Shown here: one piece after another, positions 26,357 to 38,619 of the stretch | Layout: each line of letters opens with the position of its first letter | Numbering within the stretch: position 1 is the stretch's first letter | Assembly (NCBI GenBank): GCA_045837725.1 | Contig: JBEWZL010000121.1 | Span: forward strand, 310,001 to 374,000 | From: Vermamoeba vermiformis | Lineage: Eukaryota | Direction: 5' to 3' | DNA: 64,000 bases | The notes under the pieces: model-generated | Database searches by the model: none | What the model was told of the DNA's origin: nothing | What the model saw: only the letters and a program-made list of their open reading frames with translations | Translations under genes and position numbers: made by a program

Positions 26357-27034
26357 CTGATTTCGTTTTGATTTTCTTCTTGTGATACCTTGTTGTGTGG
26401 TATATTGTAATAGTCCGCAACGGTAATTCCGTATTTATCATTTGTTTTTTCTACGATCACGTGCTTCAATAGTGTTGACGAAATATTGACCCGGAGTCTA
26501 ATTTAAGTAATCGACTCACATCCGCTCGAACCTGCACCAAAAGCTAACGGTGAGGGATCAAAGCATTGGAACATTGTTGCAATTGATCCTAAATACTAAC
26601 GCACTGTTTCCAAAGTTTCAAGGCAGCCTCTCGGTTCTTATGTGGCAGATGAGCTCGGAGCTGCTCCGAGAAAGAGTGAATTGCAGCGAGTGGTGTGTTG
26701 AAGCAACGCGAGGTAACATTGTGGGCCTAGCAACGACTTTACTACCATGCGGCACAGCTAATTTTATAGAAATTTCATTTGAAATCTCCGCTGCGAGTTC
26801 ACGGTTGAAACTCACTCAACTTGACACGAGTGAATTCGCAGTGAGCGATGTGCTTTATTGCTACCGGAGTGACACCTGAAATCTCTTTCGCAACTCCGTA
26901 GTGTATTGTGCCCTGCTCTCAACTCCGAGTTGGTGCAGGTGTCTGGCTGGCTATTTCAGCGACGGCAGAGTACTTTCTAACCGCTGCCATAACAGATTTC
27001 CAAAAATAGCAATTTGCTTGCCAAAATATCTTCG

Positions 27035-29329
27035 CTACTTGTAATGTACCATGTGCAGCACTTTGTCAATCCAGTGCGCGTTGTTGGTGCGAGGACGCAA
27101 CGCGGGACCTTTGCGCAACAAATCGCCGATGGACGCGTGTTCCTTGTTCGCTGCGATCTGATTGGTTGGCGGTGCAGTCACGTGACACACTGGCTCAGGT
27201 CGCATCAGCGGTGCATTCACTTGTGCAGCAGTGAGTGGTGCAAGAGGACGACGCTTCTTGTTCTGAGCGTAGGGTGTGTCCGCCTGTTCCTCCAACATGT
27301 GACTCAGCGAGCGTTTGGTGCCCGGTGAGTTCAACATGCGGCGCACTGGTGTTCGCTTCTTTTTGATGCTGCGTCGCGGCGAGGACACACCTTCAGTCGA
27401 GGACTCGATGAGGATGAGATCGGTGTCGTCGTTCTGTGCTGTGAACGAGTAGTACAGACTCGAACTGGCGCTCAACTTGCTGGGACTGAAGGACTCAGCG
27501 GGCGTGAGGTACAAGTCCTGCGACTGATTGGGACTCATCTGTGGCACGTGCTGCGGCGTGGATTGCATGCGCGGTGGAGTGCGTACAGCATTCTGTAGTG
27601 ATTTGGCGTGAGGACTAGCGCGAGAGGGGCTCTTGAGTGGTGTCAGTGGACGATCACGTGCTTCACGTCTGACGGGTGAAGTGACACTGACAGGCGACGA
27701 TTGAGCGACAGGCACTGGCACGACATCTAAGCGCATCTCTTCATCGAACAGCGGATCTGACACACTGGTTGCGTGCGGGTCAGTGAACAGTGCGCGCTTG
27801 ACTTCAGCGAGATTCTCGTATCGCGAGCCAGCAGGAGAGAGCGGTGCAGCGACAGGAGTGAGCGGTACTACAGTGCTGGGACCATATGACACAACTGCGC
27901 CTGTGTTGCTCTTGACGGGCGAGGTCTTTTTAAATTCAATGAAGGTCACTGACTCGATTGGTTGTTTGACAGGACGACACGTGTCTCAGTGCCATTGACC
28001 ATGTTCTCTTTGTCAGCGATCCACTGCGATGTGAATGTGTTGGCGTTGTTGACACGTGACTTTTTGTCGACTACTGATTGGTTGATTTCGATGAATTTGA
28101 CAACGTCTTTTGATTCGATCAGCTGTTTGACACATGTTGACATCTGTTTTGACGGCTGTAATACACGTGTAATGTCTGCACGAACAATAAATTTTAGCAA
28201 AGATAAAGCGCTAAATTAGTTCATTGACTTACCTAGAATATTGCCTTGCATTTTGACACCTGTCACACCTTCAATTTTTTTGAACTCATCTGAATTACTA
28301 AATTAGGCAATTGTTTCAATGGCACGTGTCATTCAACATACCGCGCAGTTTAGTCATAGCACTGCTGTTGACACTCGTGCCCACGAGATTGATGTGCGTC
28401 AAATGCGGGAAGTCTGTTGAATGCCGATTAGTACACTATGAATACAGGCATATACGGATCATTGATATTGGTCTTGAGCGTATTATTAGGGACTAATGCA
28501 ATCGGTAGCAAGATAGCTCACCTTTCAACAACATGAGCACATCCAGTTTCGCACCGAGCTTATTGCCCGACAACAAGAGTCTAGTCAGTGAATGTCGCAT
28601 ATTCGTAGCGTGCAGCTGTGCTATAATCTCTTCAGTGACATTGGTGCGCGAGAGATTGAGTTCTTCGATCGACAGGTCTGCGCAGTGCTGGTGAGTTTAC
28701 ATTGCCTTCGATGGCTTTGAGTATGACGTACCTTTGATCTCCTCGATAGCATTGTTATTTACTTTAGTATTTGAGAGATTGAGCACGCGAAGTGAGGTCA
28801 GATCTGCTTCGGAGTTAGTTCTGGTTTGGCAGGAGAAATTTAACATACTCTTCAAATAAGCAAGACCTACAGCTGATATCCTTGTAGTTTTAGACAGGTC
28901 TAGTGTTTGCAAGTGCTCCAATGCTAATTAAAATAATTAATTGAATGAATTAAAAGGATGAAGATGTGCCACTTACCCGTTAAATTCTCCATCGAATGAT
29001 CATCTATGGACTGACATTGGACTAATTTAATTGATTTTAATTGTTTGAAGCACGACAATATCGCCATTCCTTCTGCATTGATTTTTGAATTGGATGCATC
29101 AATTTCTTCAACCAAAGCACGATGAAAATTAAGATAATATTTGGAATTGATTTCTTTTAGATAGGACAGGTCGATTGAAGACTTTTTGACTGGCACTTGA
29201 GTAAAATACTGGATGTACCACTCGCTCTTGGTCCACTCTACCTCGGGAGCCAATAGTTGATGTAAGTTCATTATATCTTTCTAACACCTTTATTGTCTCA
29301 TTATTCGTTGTGCGTGCAATACTCAACAT
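27035..29329 (-). CDS. Leucine-rich-repeat protein with long Ser/Pro-rich tail (apparent frameshifts at about 29272 and 27977; alternative start 29271)
   Basis: LRRs LQTLDLSKT, LRVLNLSNT, IEELNLSRT, LTRLLLSGN, LTHINLVGT over several exons; tail ORF 27035-27949 rich in SP/TP sites. Confidence 0.75.
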
Positions 29330-29456
29330 TGATTTTGGCGCCTAAATGACTTTCTTGCTGGGCTGAAAAAAACCGCGCAGAAATAATTCAGCTGTCACCA
29401 TATCACCAGGACTGTAAGGAAGATCTATATCACTACTTGGTCATTTAAACTCGTCT

Positions 29457-32400
29457 TTAGTTTAATATTCTGAAAATCTGTACAATGCGTTGGTTCAACA
29501 CGGATCTGATCGGCGAGAAAGCAGCGAGCACGGAGAACAAGATCGAGCAGCCAAACACGACAAGCAAGATGGTGTAGGGGAAGTCGAAGGGTACTGGCAG
29601 CTGAGTGAAGAGCGACTGTTGCAGCGTCATTGTGAATGCGACTACAGTGCCGATCAGTACACCGAGCAGCGAGGACGAGAGCACGAGCACAAAGGCTTCG
29701 TAGATGTAGATGCGATACATCCAAGCCTTGCCAATACCAATGGCGCGCAAGACACCGATCTCTTTTGTCTGCTCGAAGACATTGGTGAACATGGAGGACA
29801 TGAGCGAGAAGAATGAAATAGCCATGGCAATGACGGTGGTGAAGTTGAAGAAGTACTGCATGGCAATCGTGGCGGTGTTGAAGGGCTTCATCGAGTCACG
29901 ATAGTCCCACACTGTGCTGCCTGGATTGGCGTAGCGAGAGAGATCGGTGAGCTTGGACTTCAAATCATCAATCTGCTTGTCCGTCAGTCCCTCGCGCAGT
30001 TCGACCATCAAGTGTCTGATTGGCAGCTCTTCAATGGACTTGAACACACCGCCTGACATGCGCAGATAAGTGGGCATGGACACTACATAGTCTTGCCTGT
30101 GGGAGTGCGGTGAGTATAAATATGACGAGAGTTAGTTTGTACTTACGTGCCAATGGTCGGGAATTGCGAATAAGCGAATGCAGGAGCAGCATCGAGGAAT
30201 GCCATCGGAGCCATGATGCGATTGTTCTCCACGCCGGGACGAGAGCCATTGTCATTGTAGCGCAGACTGAACAAGAAGGGCTTGTTCAATTCGAGTCCTA
30301 CTTTCACCTTGTACAACGAGCCAATCAGCGCTTGTTTGGAGCCATCGCTCGTGTACAATAGTGCTGTCAGGTCATTTTCCACATAATTGCTATCGTCGTC
30401 ATAGATCGATGACTCGACACGCAAGAATCCTTGAATAGCTGCTTGGAATATGTTCGGTGTGACACCGTAAATGCGCTGATTTGCATCGTACAAGTGTCCC
30501 AAGTTCGTCAGACGTGTGTCACGTGATTCAACAATTGCTTCGCGAAGTTCGTAAGTCACCCACGCGTGTGATTTGACTGTGGCATTCTCCTGGCGCATCA
30601 AATCTTCAAATTCGTGTATTGTGCGCAGTGACCGCCAAGTCTTAGCGAAGGGATCGTAATCTGTTTGATATGGAGTTAGCAATTGTGAGATTTGAGTGTG
30701 TCTTGTTATATGCTCAAATAGTCAGTTGCTTTGCGTCATCAAGAGTCAGAGGATTGACAGATTGTTGAAAAGCGAAGTATCTCATCACGTAAAGGTAAGT
30801 GTTTCAAGTGTTCTATATGGATCAATGTCTTACCTCCACCACGCACTTGCAAGTAGCAGCCAGTGCGCTGTTGTTGCTGATAAGAGAATGTTCCTACTTG
30901 CACGGTGTAGGCCACTGAGATGAAGATGATGAAGCCCAATGAGATGGCATACATCACTGTGGTCTTTTGATTGCGTGCACGATGTGCAGTCAAGTTCTTG
31001 AGCACCAATGAGCGAATGGCGCGCTTGTCCCACCACAAGAACAAATACACGACCATGTGCTCGAGCATGTGCTGCAAGTTGAGTGCGAGCAGTGTGAGAC
31101 CGAGCAACATGCCGCCCAAGATGAACATGAACATGTTGAGCAACAGACCGAGATTGAACGACAGCAAACTGAGCGGCAACACGTAGTAAATGATGCCTCC
31201 GAATGCTGCGAGACCCATGCCGATCACTACAATAGTCCACGACACATTGCCACCCTGATCAGCACGTTCAACATCAATTTGCACGGCCTTGGTCTTGTTG
31301 TGCTTGGTGTCCAGTGAGTCATGCAAGTTCATGCCGAGCGCATTGCGAATAGGCAGAATGGCAGCGAGCACGGGAATGATCATGCCCATAGCTGAGGCAC
31401 TCAATATACCCGTCCATGTCAAAGCACTGGTGGTTGACACGTGTCAAATGAGGTACTACGAAGCTAATAGTGACTTACGGTTCAATGGGCACACCAGTGA
31501 GGGTGTAGATCTTAGAGGTCACTCCGAATGAGACCAGTTGGGCTGAAATCAGGCCCAAGATCCAGCTCGGCAGTGCATACGCAAAGGCCTGCACGAGCAG
31601 CAAGATGACAATGCCTGGTCGCGTGGTGCCAATCATGCGCAGCACACCGAGCTCAAAGGTTCTCGTCTCAACATTGATCATGAGCAGCGAGTAGATGAGC
31701 AGCACGGAGAGGAAGAGCAAGATGCCAATGATCAAGTTCAAGATGAGGCCCAAGAACAGCGAGAAGAAGCGTGTTTGGCGCAGTTGAGTGAGAATGGGCA
31801 ACTCCGTGCCGAGTGAATTGAATCCGAGCCGATAGAGCACTCCGCCTGCAAAGTGAATGACGTTCTGTTGAATGACGTCGTAGTTCGAGTTCATGTACGC
31901 GTCAATGCGTGGCGGGGGCAAGTTGATTTCCACTGTCTGCGCGAACTCAAAGAGATTGATGCTGTAGCGAGGACAGGTTAATATGACAATCGATAGCTAA
32001 TGCCCGTACTGAGCTCACCTCTCAACTTCGTGTTTGAACGATCTGGGTGTGCGTGGATTCATATTCTTCAACATGTAGTGCATGAACGGACCATACTCGA
32101 TGATCATTCCTATTACCATATTAGGCAATGTCTAAATTAGGTAACATCACATCTAAGTACCATTAGAAGTGTCAGTATCAAATTTTCCGTTGATGTCGAC
32201 GAAGATGTCTTTGATCACCATGGGCAAGTACACCGTCTCCGTCATTACAATTGCTTGTCCTAAATAGGAAAGTATTGCCATATTAGGTCGTGCATGCACG
32301 ACGTTGAGTCACGTGACACTTACGCTGCTCCTCAGTGTAATTGTACTTGGCACTGAGTGCTTCGAGCCAATTACGGCCCAAGAATCCATCAGCGACTTGG

Positions 32401-33131
32401 AACTGCATGTACATAATATCGCCCTTATCAGCACCCACTAAGCGCGCAGTGTTCTCGTGGATGTACACTTCGCCTTCAGCCAACGCACCTAGCTTCCACT
32501 CGCGACCCAAATTCATTTCTTTTTCGCGATCAGAGTTGATTAAGAAGATGCTGGCCTATTACACGCTATTAGTACATGTATAACTGACGTATGATGGTAT
32601 GAAAATCGCTAAACAAATTACGAAAATAAAGAAAAATATTCGTTTTAAATTATAATTACTTACTCCGTGAAGGCGAGCTTTGCAATTCTGTTGAAAACAA
32701 CCGTTCATAGTGTCCGCACATGGTTCTGGAAATTGTCCGTACTTCCATTCAAGATCATACGGATCGTTTTTCTGTTGGCAGTCCTTGTCCAAGTAGTACA
32801 GAGCGCCAAAGCGATATCTGCACGTGTGGTACTTGTATTCATCGTTGTCATCAAGAATTTCGCTGATTAACGTGTAATTTAATCGGTCATAGCCAGTCCA
32901 CGACCCAGCTGCAATTTGAAGATCAATCTCGCCACTGTTCAGTTCAGAGAGCCGCAAGAAGATGAGAGGTGACTTGGATAATATAGACACTAATAATGCC
33001 ACCACAAATACTACTAAAAGACAAGCGGAAAAGCCCAGAGCATAGTTGACTTTGGATTTCTTGATGCTGCGCAGTGTTTGCGAGATAAACGCAGCCACGA
33101 TTTGTCTATAAGAGACAGGCCCTGCTTTCAT
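29457..33131 (-). CDS. FtsX/MacB-like permease family membrane protein (two FtsX domains)
   Basis: LLIYSLLMINVETRTFELGVLRMIG and MFTNVFEQTKEIGVLRAIG, each followed by TM helices; large luminal domains; 9 exons spliced in frame. Confidence 0.88.
30718..30792 (-). ncRNA. Intronic C/D box snoRNA guiding 18S rRNA 2'-O-methylation (probable equivalent of human SNORD110 / plant snoR14)
   Basis: Inside a 173-nt intron (30661-30833). C box GUGAUGA 30788-30782, guide CAAUCUGUCAAUCCU 30764-30750 directly before D' CUGA 30749-30746, C' UUGAUGA 30742-30736, D CUGA 30725-30722. Guide is complementary to conserved 18S AGGAUUGACAGAUUG. Confidence 0.9.
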
Positions 33132-33310
33132 TTATATCATATAAATATACAAATATATAACACAATCACTAACAGCCAGAGTTGTTGACCTCCGCTGCGC
33201 AAAAAAAGATAAAATGAGCTGAGCGGACCAGTCAGTAATAACTCCGCCTCGTCACACGGTACAATAGTGCAGTTTATGAGCAAAACAAAGAGTAAAATTA
33301 CAGGAGGTGC

Positions 33311-35199
33311 ATGACGAAGACAAAGCGAGCAAAATCGAAAAAGCCCGCGCAAAAAGAGGATCCTGATCTTGACCGAACGAATATCGCGCGAAAGGAGTTG
33401 AGCACCACTCATGATGCAAGTAATGCTCATTCGTCAGGTGTTGATTCACCCAATCGACGGTCGCCGAGGTTGAAATTGCCCAAAAAAATTGCGAGATCCG
33501 CCATTACCGAGTCAAATACAGCTAAGGATAAAGGTAATAATTAATTTATTTTTAGAAAAATTCAAAAAAAATCTTTACCGTATTTCTGGTGAATCACACA
33601 GGTTGTGACCGATTTTAACCCGCCTTATTTCTTCAGAGCCTAAAGGCACCAAACGAAAGCGTGACAATACAACTGCAAACAAGGCACCCCCTTCTAAGCG
33701 ACAGAAGACAACAAGTGAGACAGTGGTGCGTATTGATTTGTTGGACGAGAGTCCGAGAGCAGAACAGAACGGCTCTAAGAAAAACAGTGCCAATGTTGCG
33801 AGTCAAAAGAACAAAAAACAAGGAGCAAAAGACAACCACAATGGCACGGAGTCTGACCACGAAGCGAAACAGTCTCGTGAAAGAGTGGCTGTCAAGAAGT
33901 CCGTTGGTGTCACCACAGCACGTCAATCACCGATCAAACAGCGCAAGCCGAAGAGTTCAATCAGTGTTAGTCGCAAAGCAGTGCAGAGGAAAGCAAAGAG
34001 CAAGACTGTCCGCAAGAGACCTGGCAAACCCAAGCGGGTGTTGCCAAAGCTCAGCACCAAAAAGAGCGTACAACACGAGGAAGAGAGCGCGGAGTCAGAT
34101 CAAATCGACAACAAAGAGCAATTGAGCAGCAGTGAGAGTTCTAGCAGCAAGTCTTCCAGCTCTAAAAGTTCTTCCAAGTCCTCTAAAGCAAGCAAAATTG
34201 TGTCGAGTCACAAATCAAGCAACAAGAGCAACAGGGACAGCGAAAGCGAGGACAACAGTCACACCTCAAAGTCCAAGTCGAGCAGTGCAAGCAAGAGTTC
34301 TAGTAGCAAATCAGACAAGCGTTCTAGCGCTGAGAAGTTGAGCGACTCTAGTGCGAGTAAATCAAACGAGAAGACTAATAGGTCACACAGCTCTCACAGT
34401 TCTAAAAAATCGAAATCTCTCAGCGAACAATCAAGTGAGGCCAGCGACAAGTCGAGTGAAAAAAGTGAAAGCGAAGTGAAACCAGCCAAAACGAATCAGC
34501 GCGGTGTCAAGAGCAAAGCTGGCACTAAAACAGTACCCAATGCGACAAAGACAAAGAGTGTCAAGTCACTTGAGAGCGGTCGTACCAAAAAGGCTAGCAT
34601 TGGCAATGGAAAAGCTGCTCGTGGTCGTGCAACGAAGAAAAAGAATGAAGACAGCGAGAGAGACAGTGAAAACGCTCGCCTGGAAAGGCTTGACAATGAA
34701 ATATCGCAGTTCATGCCTCTCTTAGTCTCAATCATGAGCGGTAAGCCATTAATTGTACACGATGTTTGTTCTAACTGCCCTGCTAGGTAAAAAACAAACT
34801 CCTCGTGCCAAGCAGTGGAACTTAGGTCTGAAAGCACGGTCACAAATGCACTACAAAGTCCACATGGGAGGCTTTGAATCAGGAGGTCCATCACACCACT
34901 CTTTGACACGCGATCAATATTGACACGTTTGTACAGAGGTTGATGACATTCTCAGCATTGTACAGCGCAAGATTATGAAGATGCAAGTGCCCGACAGTGT
35001 GCAGCGCGGAGGAGTGAGTCACTTCATTCTCGACGTGTTGTGGCCTGAGCTCGCTGTGCTGTTGCTCGCTGCACGCAAGTCAGTGTCCAAAAAAGAGGCA
35101 GAACAGCTCTTCACTGCAGACAATGACCTGGAAGATGAGTGGATTAAAACGTTGAAACAAAGTCCAGAGCGCAAAGCACCGATAGTCATTTTGGACTAA
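33311..35199 (+). CDS. Ser/Lys-rich probably nuclear protein with C-terminal RTC4-like helical domain
   Basis: Four exons in frame; long S/K low-complexity region; C-terminal EISQFMPLLVSIMSG...FILDVLWPELAVLLLA...EAEQL. Confidence 0.6.
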
Positions 35200-35285
35200 T
35201 GTAATATAATAATTGTAAATAGTGCGGATTTGCGGCATTTTGTTTTACTTCTGGCCACAATACCACAACTCTGTCCGAGACGATA

Positions 35286-36690
35286 ATGTTACGACAATTC
35301 ATTACAAAAATAGGTGCCGTAAGCCGATCCGTTGGAAAGACGACCGTTTCACGAAGCAAACTGTTCCGAGATCTGCAACAACGAAAAAAATCAGACACAA
35401 CCAGCAATAAGGAAAGTGAATGTAAGTTCAATAGATGTGCTATTATTAGTGGCAGAAAAAATTATTAAAAATCACCTAAATAATTTACTTATTATTGGTT
35501 TGATCTAACACCAAGCAGTAAACAGCGATCAATTATACAAACAAGGAAGGGAATTGATATTTGGCGACAAGAAAACAGCAGACCCTGCGAAGGGCATTGA
35601 ATTGTGGACCAAAGCGAAGAGTCAAGGCAATGTGCACGCGGCGTACAGTCTCGCGATGCTTGAATTGAACGGCATTCACATGCCAAAGAATCCTAAATCA
35701 GGTTTTATGGCCATTCAAGATCTTGCACTGAAGAAATATCCCTACGCAATGGTATTAATGGATCTATTCACCGATGACGCGACACATATTCACCTTTAGT
35801 GTTGTAGTACGCCATGGCAAATATTATGGGCTCGCAGAAAGGCAATATCACTCATCAACTGGCTCTACTGAAAGGTGCAGCAGAGGGTGGTGTCAAAGAG
35901 GTGTGAAACAATTGAATGACTGGCCACAGATATTTTCGTCTGACACTCGTGTTACAGGCCCATTACAATCTTTACGCACTGCTCAGTGAAGTCGCTAAAA
36001 CACGTCCAGAATATGAACAAGAGGCCATGGAACACTTGCACAAGGCCGCTGAGGCTGAGATATTGCTCGCAATCTACGCACTGGCCACACGGTACTCAGA
36101 GGTGAGTGCCGCCGTTACAGCTATCTGACTGGGTAGTGGACAACCCAACATTGACTGACTCAATCACAGGGCCGTGGTGTGCCTCAGGATGACGCGCGCG
36201 CATTTGAACTGTTCAAACAAGCTGCAGACAAAGGCAAGTGGAGCACAGTCGTGATGGTTTTATTGACTTGCATAATTAGGCCTGGTCTATGCACAGCACA
36301 ACTTGTCGCTGCTGTACTTGGCCGGGCGAGGCTGTGCTCAGAACAGCAAACTGGCGTATCAGTACGCACTGCTAGCTTCAGATCAGGGATTTATTCCCGC
36401 AACAGTACGTCATATTTTCACCATAATTGACGCTAAATATCGCATTGTGACAGATTAATTGTGCAAATATGTTGCGCGAAGGTCAAGGTATACCTGCGGA
36501 TCCAGCCGCTGCTAAAGCGTTGTACCTCGAAGCAGGATTCTACGGCGATGCAGAACAACGACAACGCGCTGTCGAACTCATGAAGGAGACTAAGGACCTT
36601 GTATATATCAACCTATTGCAGGATCAGGAGAAGCTGTTGTACAATGTCGATCCACAAGAGTTACAAAATTCGGGTATTGGACCGCTGTAA
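35286..36690 (+). CDS. Sel1-like repeat protein, probably mitochondrial
   Basis: Basic presequence MLRQFITKIGAVSRS; Sel1 repeats (AKSQGNVHAAYSLA, GRGVPQDDARAFELFKQAADKG, GQGIPADPAAAKALY). Confidence 0.85.
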
Positions 36691-36862
36691 TAATAAAAAT
36701 CCTTCTGTGAGACTTAATGTGAGTCGTTTTTATTAACCATATGGTATTCACAAGTTATTTCCATACGGGGATAGTTCTTACGCATTGTGTTTATCGCAGA
36801 AACTTGTTTTCAGTCTTATCTACATTCAGCGCGCAGTGCTCCGCAACTAGCACGCGACTATA

Positions 36863-38619
36863 ATGCGCGCGTATCTATGTTACTTTAGATACACCTTACC
36901 GCAACTGCATAGACGTTTGTTGATCGCCTCCGCTGCCTGTTTGTCTATTCCGCTAGAAATTGATGATGACCAATGCTTGCCTGTATGTCATAATTACACA
37001 ACCAATACAGGAATGATGAATCACCCCTTTAATTTGTTTATTCAGATCTGTCTCCTGTCCATCCGCTTAGAATCGCCGGAACATGCTACGAAATTGGCTC
37101 AACATTGCATATTAGTGAAGTAATTACACAATAGCATCTTAATCATGTTTATAGAAGTTAATTATCAAACAGATCTATATTTGAGGTCTGGGGAGAAGGC
37201 AGCACATTGGAAGAATTAGTTCACAGCTTGGTAGAGTATACAAATACAGAGGTGATAATAATACAATATTATGTTGGCATTAATTAATAGCTGCGTAGAA
37301 ATTCACTCAATTTGTCGAAGCACACCCGCACCACACTTTCAAACTTGTGCTTGAAACTCGCGCCAATGCCACACACACCATGAAACAAGAATATGTTCGC
37401 TCATGCCTTGCAATACTTGACAAGCGGTGGCAATTGGTCAATGTGTCTTCACAGAACGAGACGCAGCACGTGTTCTGGCTGATCGACTACACCGCAGACA
37501 AGAAGAAAAGACACGTGTCAGCGAGTAACTTGGCCACGTCTGTCATCTTCTTTGCCAGACAAGTGGCCGCTGGCAACAGACAGCTCGTGTCGCAGTGCAA
37601 ACAACAACCCTATCGCGGACCTAGTTCACTGAACCACGAACTCGCAGTGATCATGGCAACACTGGGGCACGTGACCGGTGGTAGTGCCGTATTAGATCCA
37701 TTTGTAGGCACTGGTAAGCGATAAAATGATGGCACTGCAATTCGATGGCTAATGAACAATGACAGGCACTATCTTACTGGCGTGTGCACTGCTCGGTGCA
37801 GGACTCGTGTGTGGCAGTGACATTGATGACCATGTGATACGTGGCAGTGGTGAGTTACGGTACTGGCAAGCTAGCTAGTCTCAGTTCACTCATGACCCTT
37901 TAGGTGCACTGAATGTCTGCTCTAATTTCACGCACTTTGCACTGCCAGTCCCCGACATAGTCCTGTTTGATTGTACTCACAATTCACTGCAACAGAATCG
38001 CTTTGACGCCATCGTGTGTGACCCTCCTTATGGTGAGCAGTTGACTCCTCCTCCTGCGCATCAACACTAAATACTCTGACAGGTCTGCGCACTAATGCTC
38101 GAAGCGGTGCTGATGCTGATGCTTCTTTGTAAGTCCTGTGCACTCCTGTGATGGTCATTAACAATATTTTGCCATAGGGTCGATCACATTATCTGGCAGC
38201 TCATTCTACGCGCAGCAGATACACTAGTGTTGGGGGGACAGTTGGTATTCCTCATGCCGACGTCTAGCGAGTAAGTTAGAACTCATTTACTGCGTGGAAA
38301 TTACTGATTGAACGCGTCATGTCCAGTACCACGTCTGTGGAGCTGTTTACGCACTCGTCATTTAGCATTGAATTCGTGTGTCTGTTTGAGCTCGGCAAGC
38401 AGTGGAACAGAGCACTGGTGGTGATGAAAAAAGTGACAGCCAATGCCGCAAGTGTACGTCAATTGGGCCTCGTTGACTGCTACTGACCTTTGACAGGGTG
38501 AAGTGACGCCTGCACTCGTCACGCACAATTTAGAATGCACCAAGCTGCCGAAACAAACACGCGTACTCGAGGAGAACTGTATCACATACTTGCAAGATGA
38601 ACAGCAGTGCCGTGAATGA
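36863..38619 (+). CDS. Trm11-like tRNA m2G methyltransferase domain (probably fused to the downstream ankyrin repeats)
   Basis: ILVKSIFEVWGEG, YRGPSSLNHELAVIMA, VLDPFVGTGTIL, GSDID, FDAIVCDPPYGLR, LVLGGQLVF. Confidence 0.82.
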
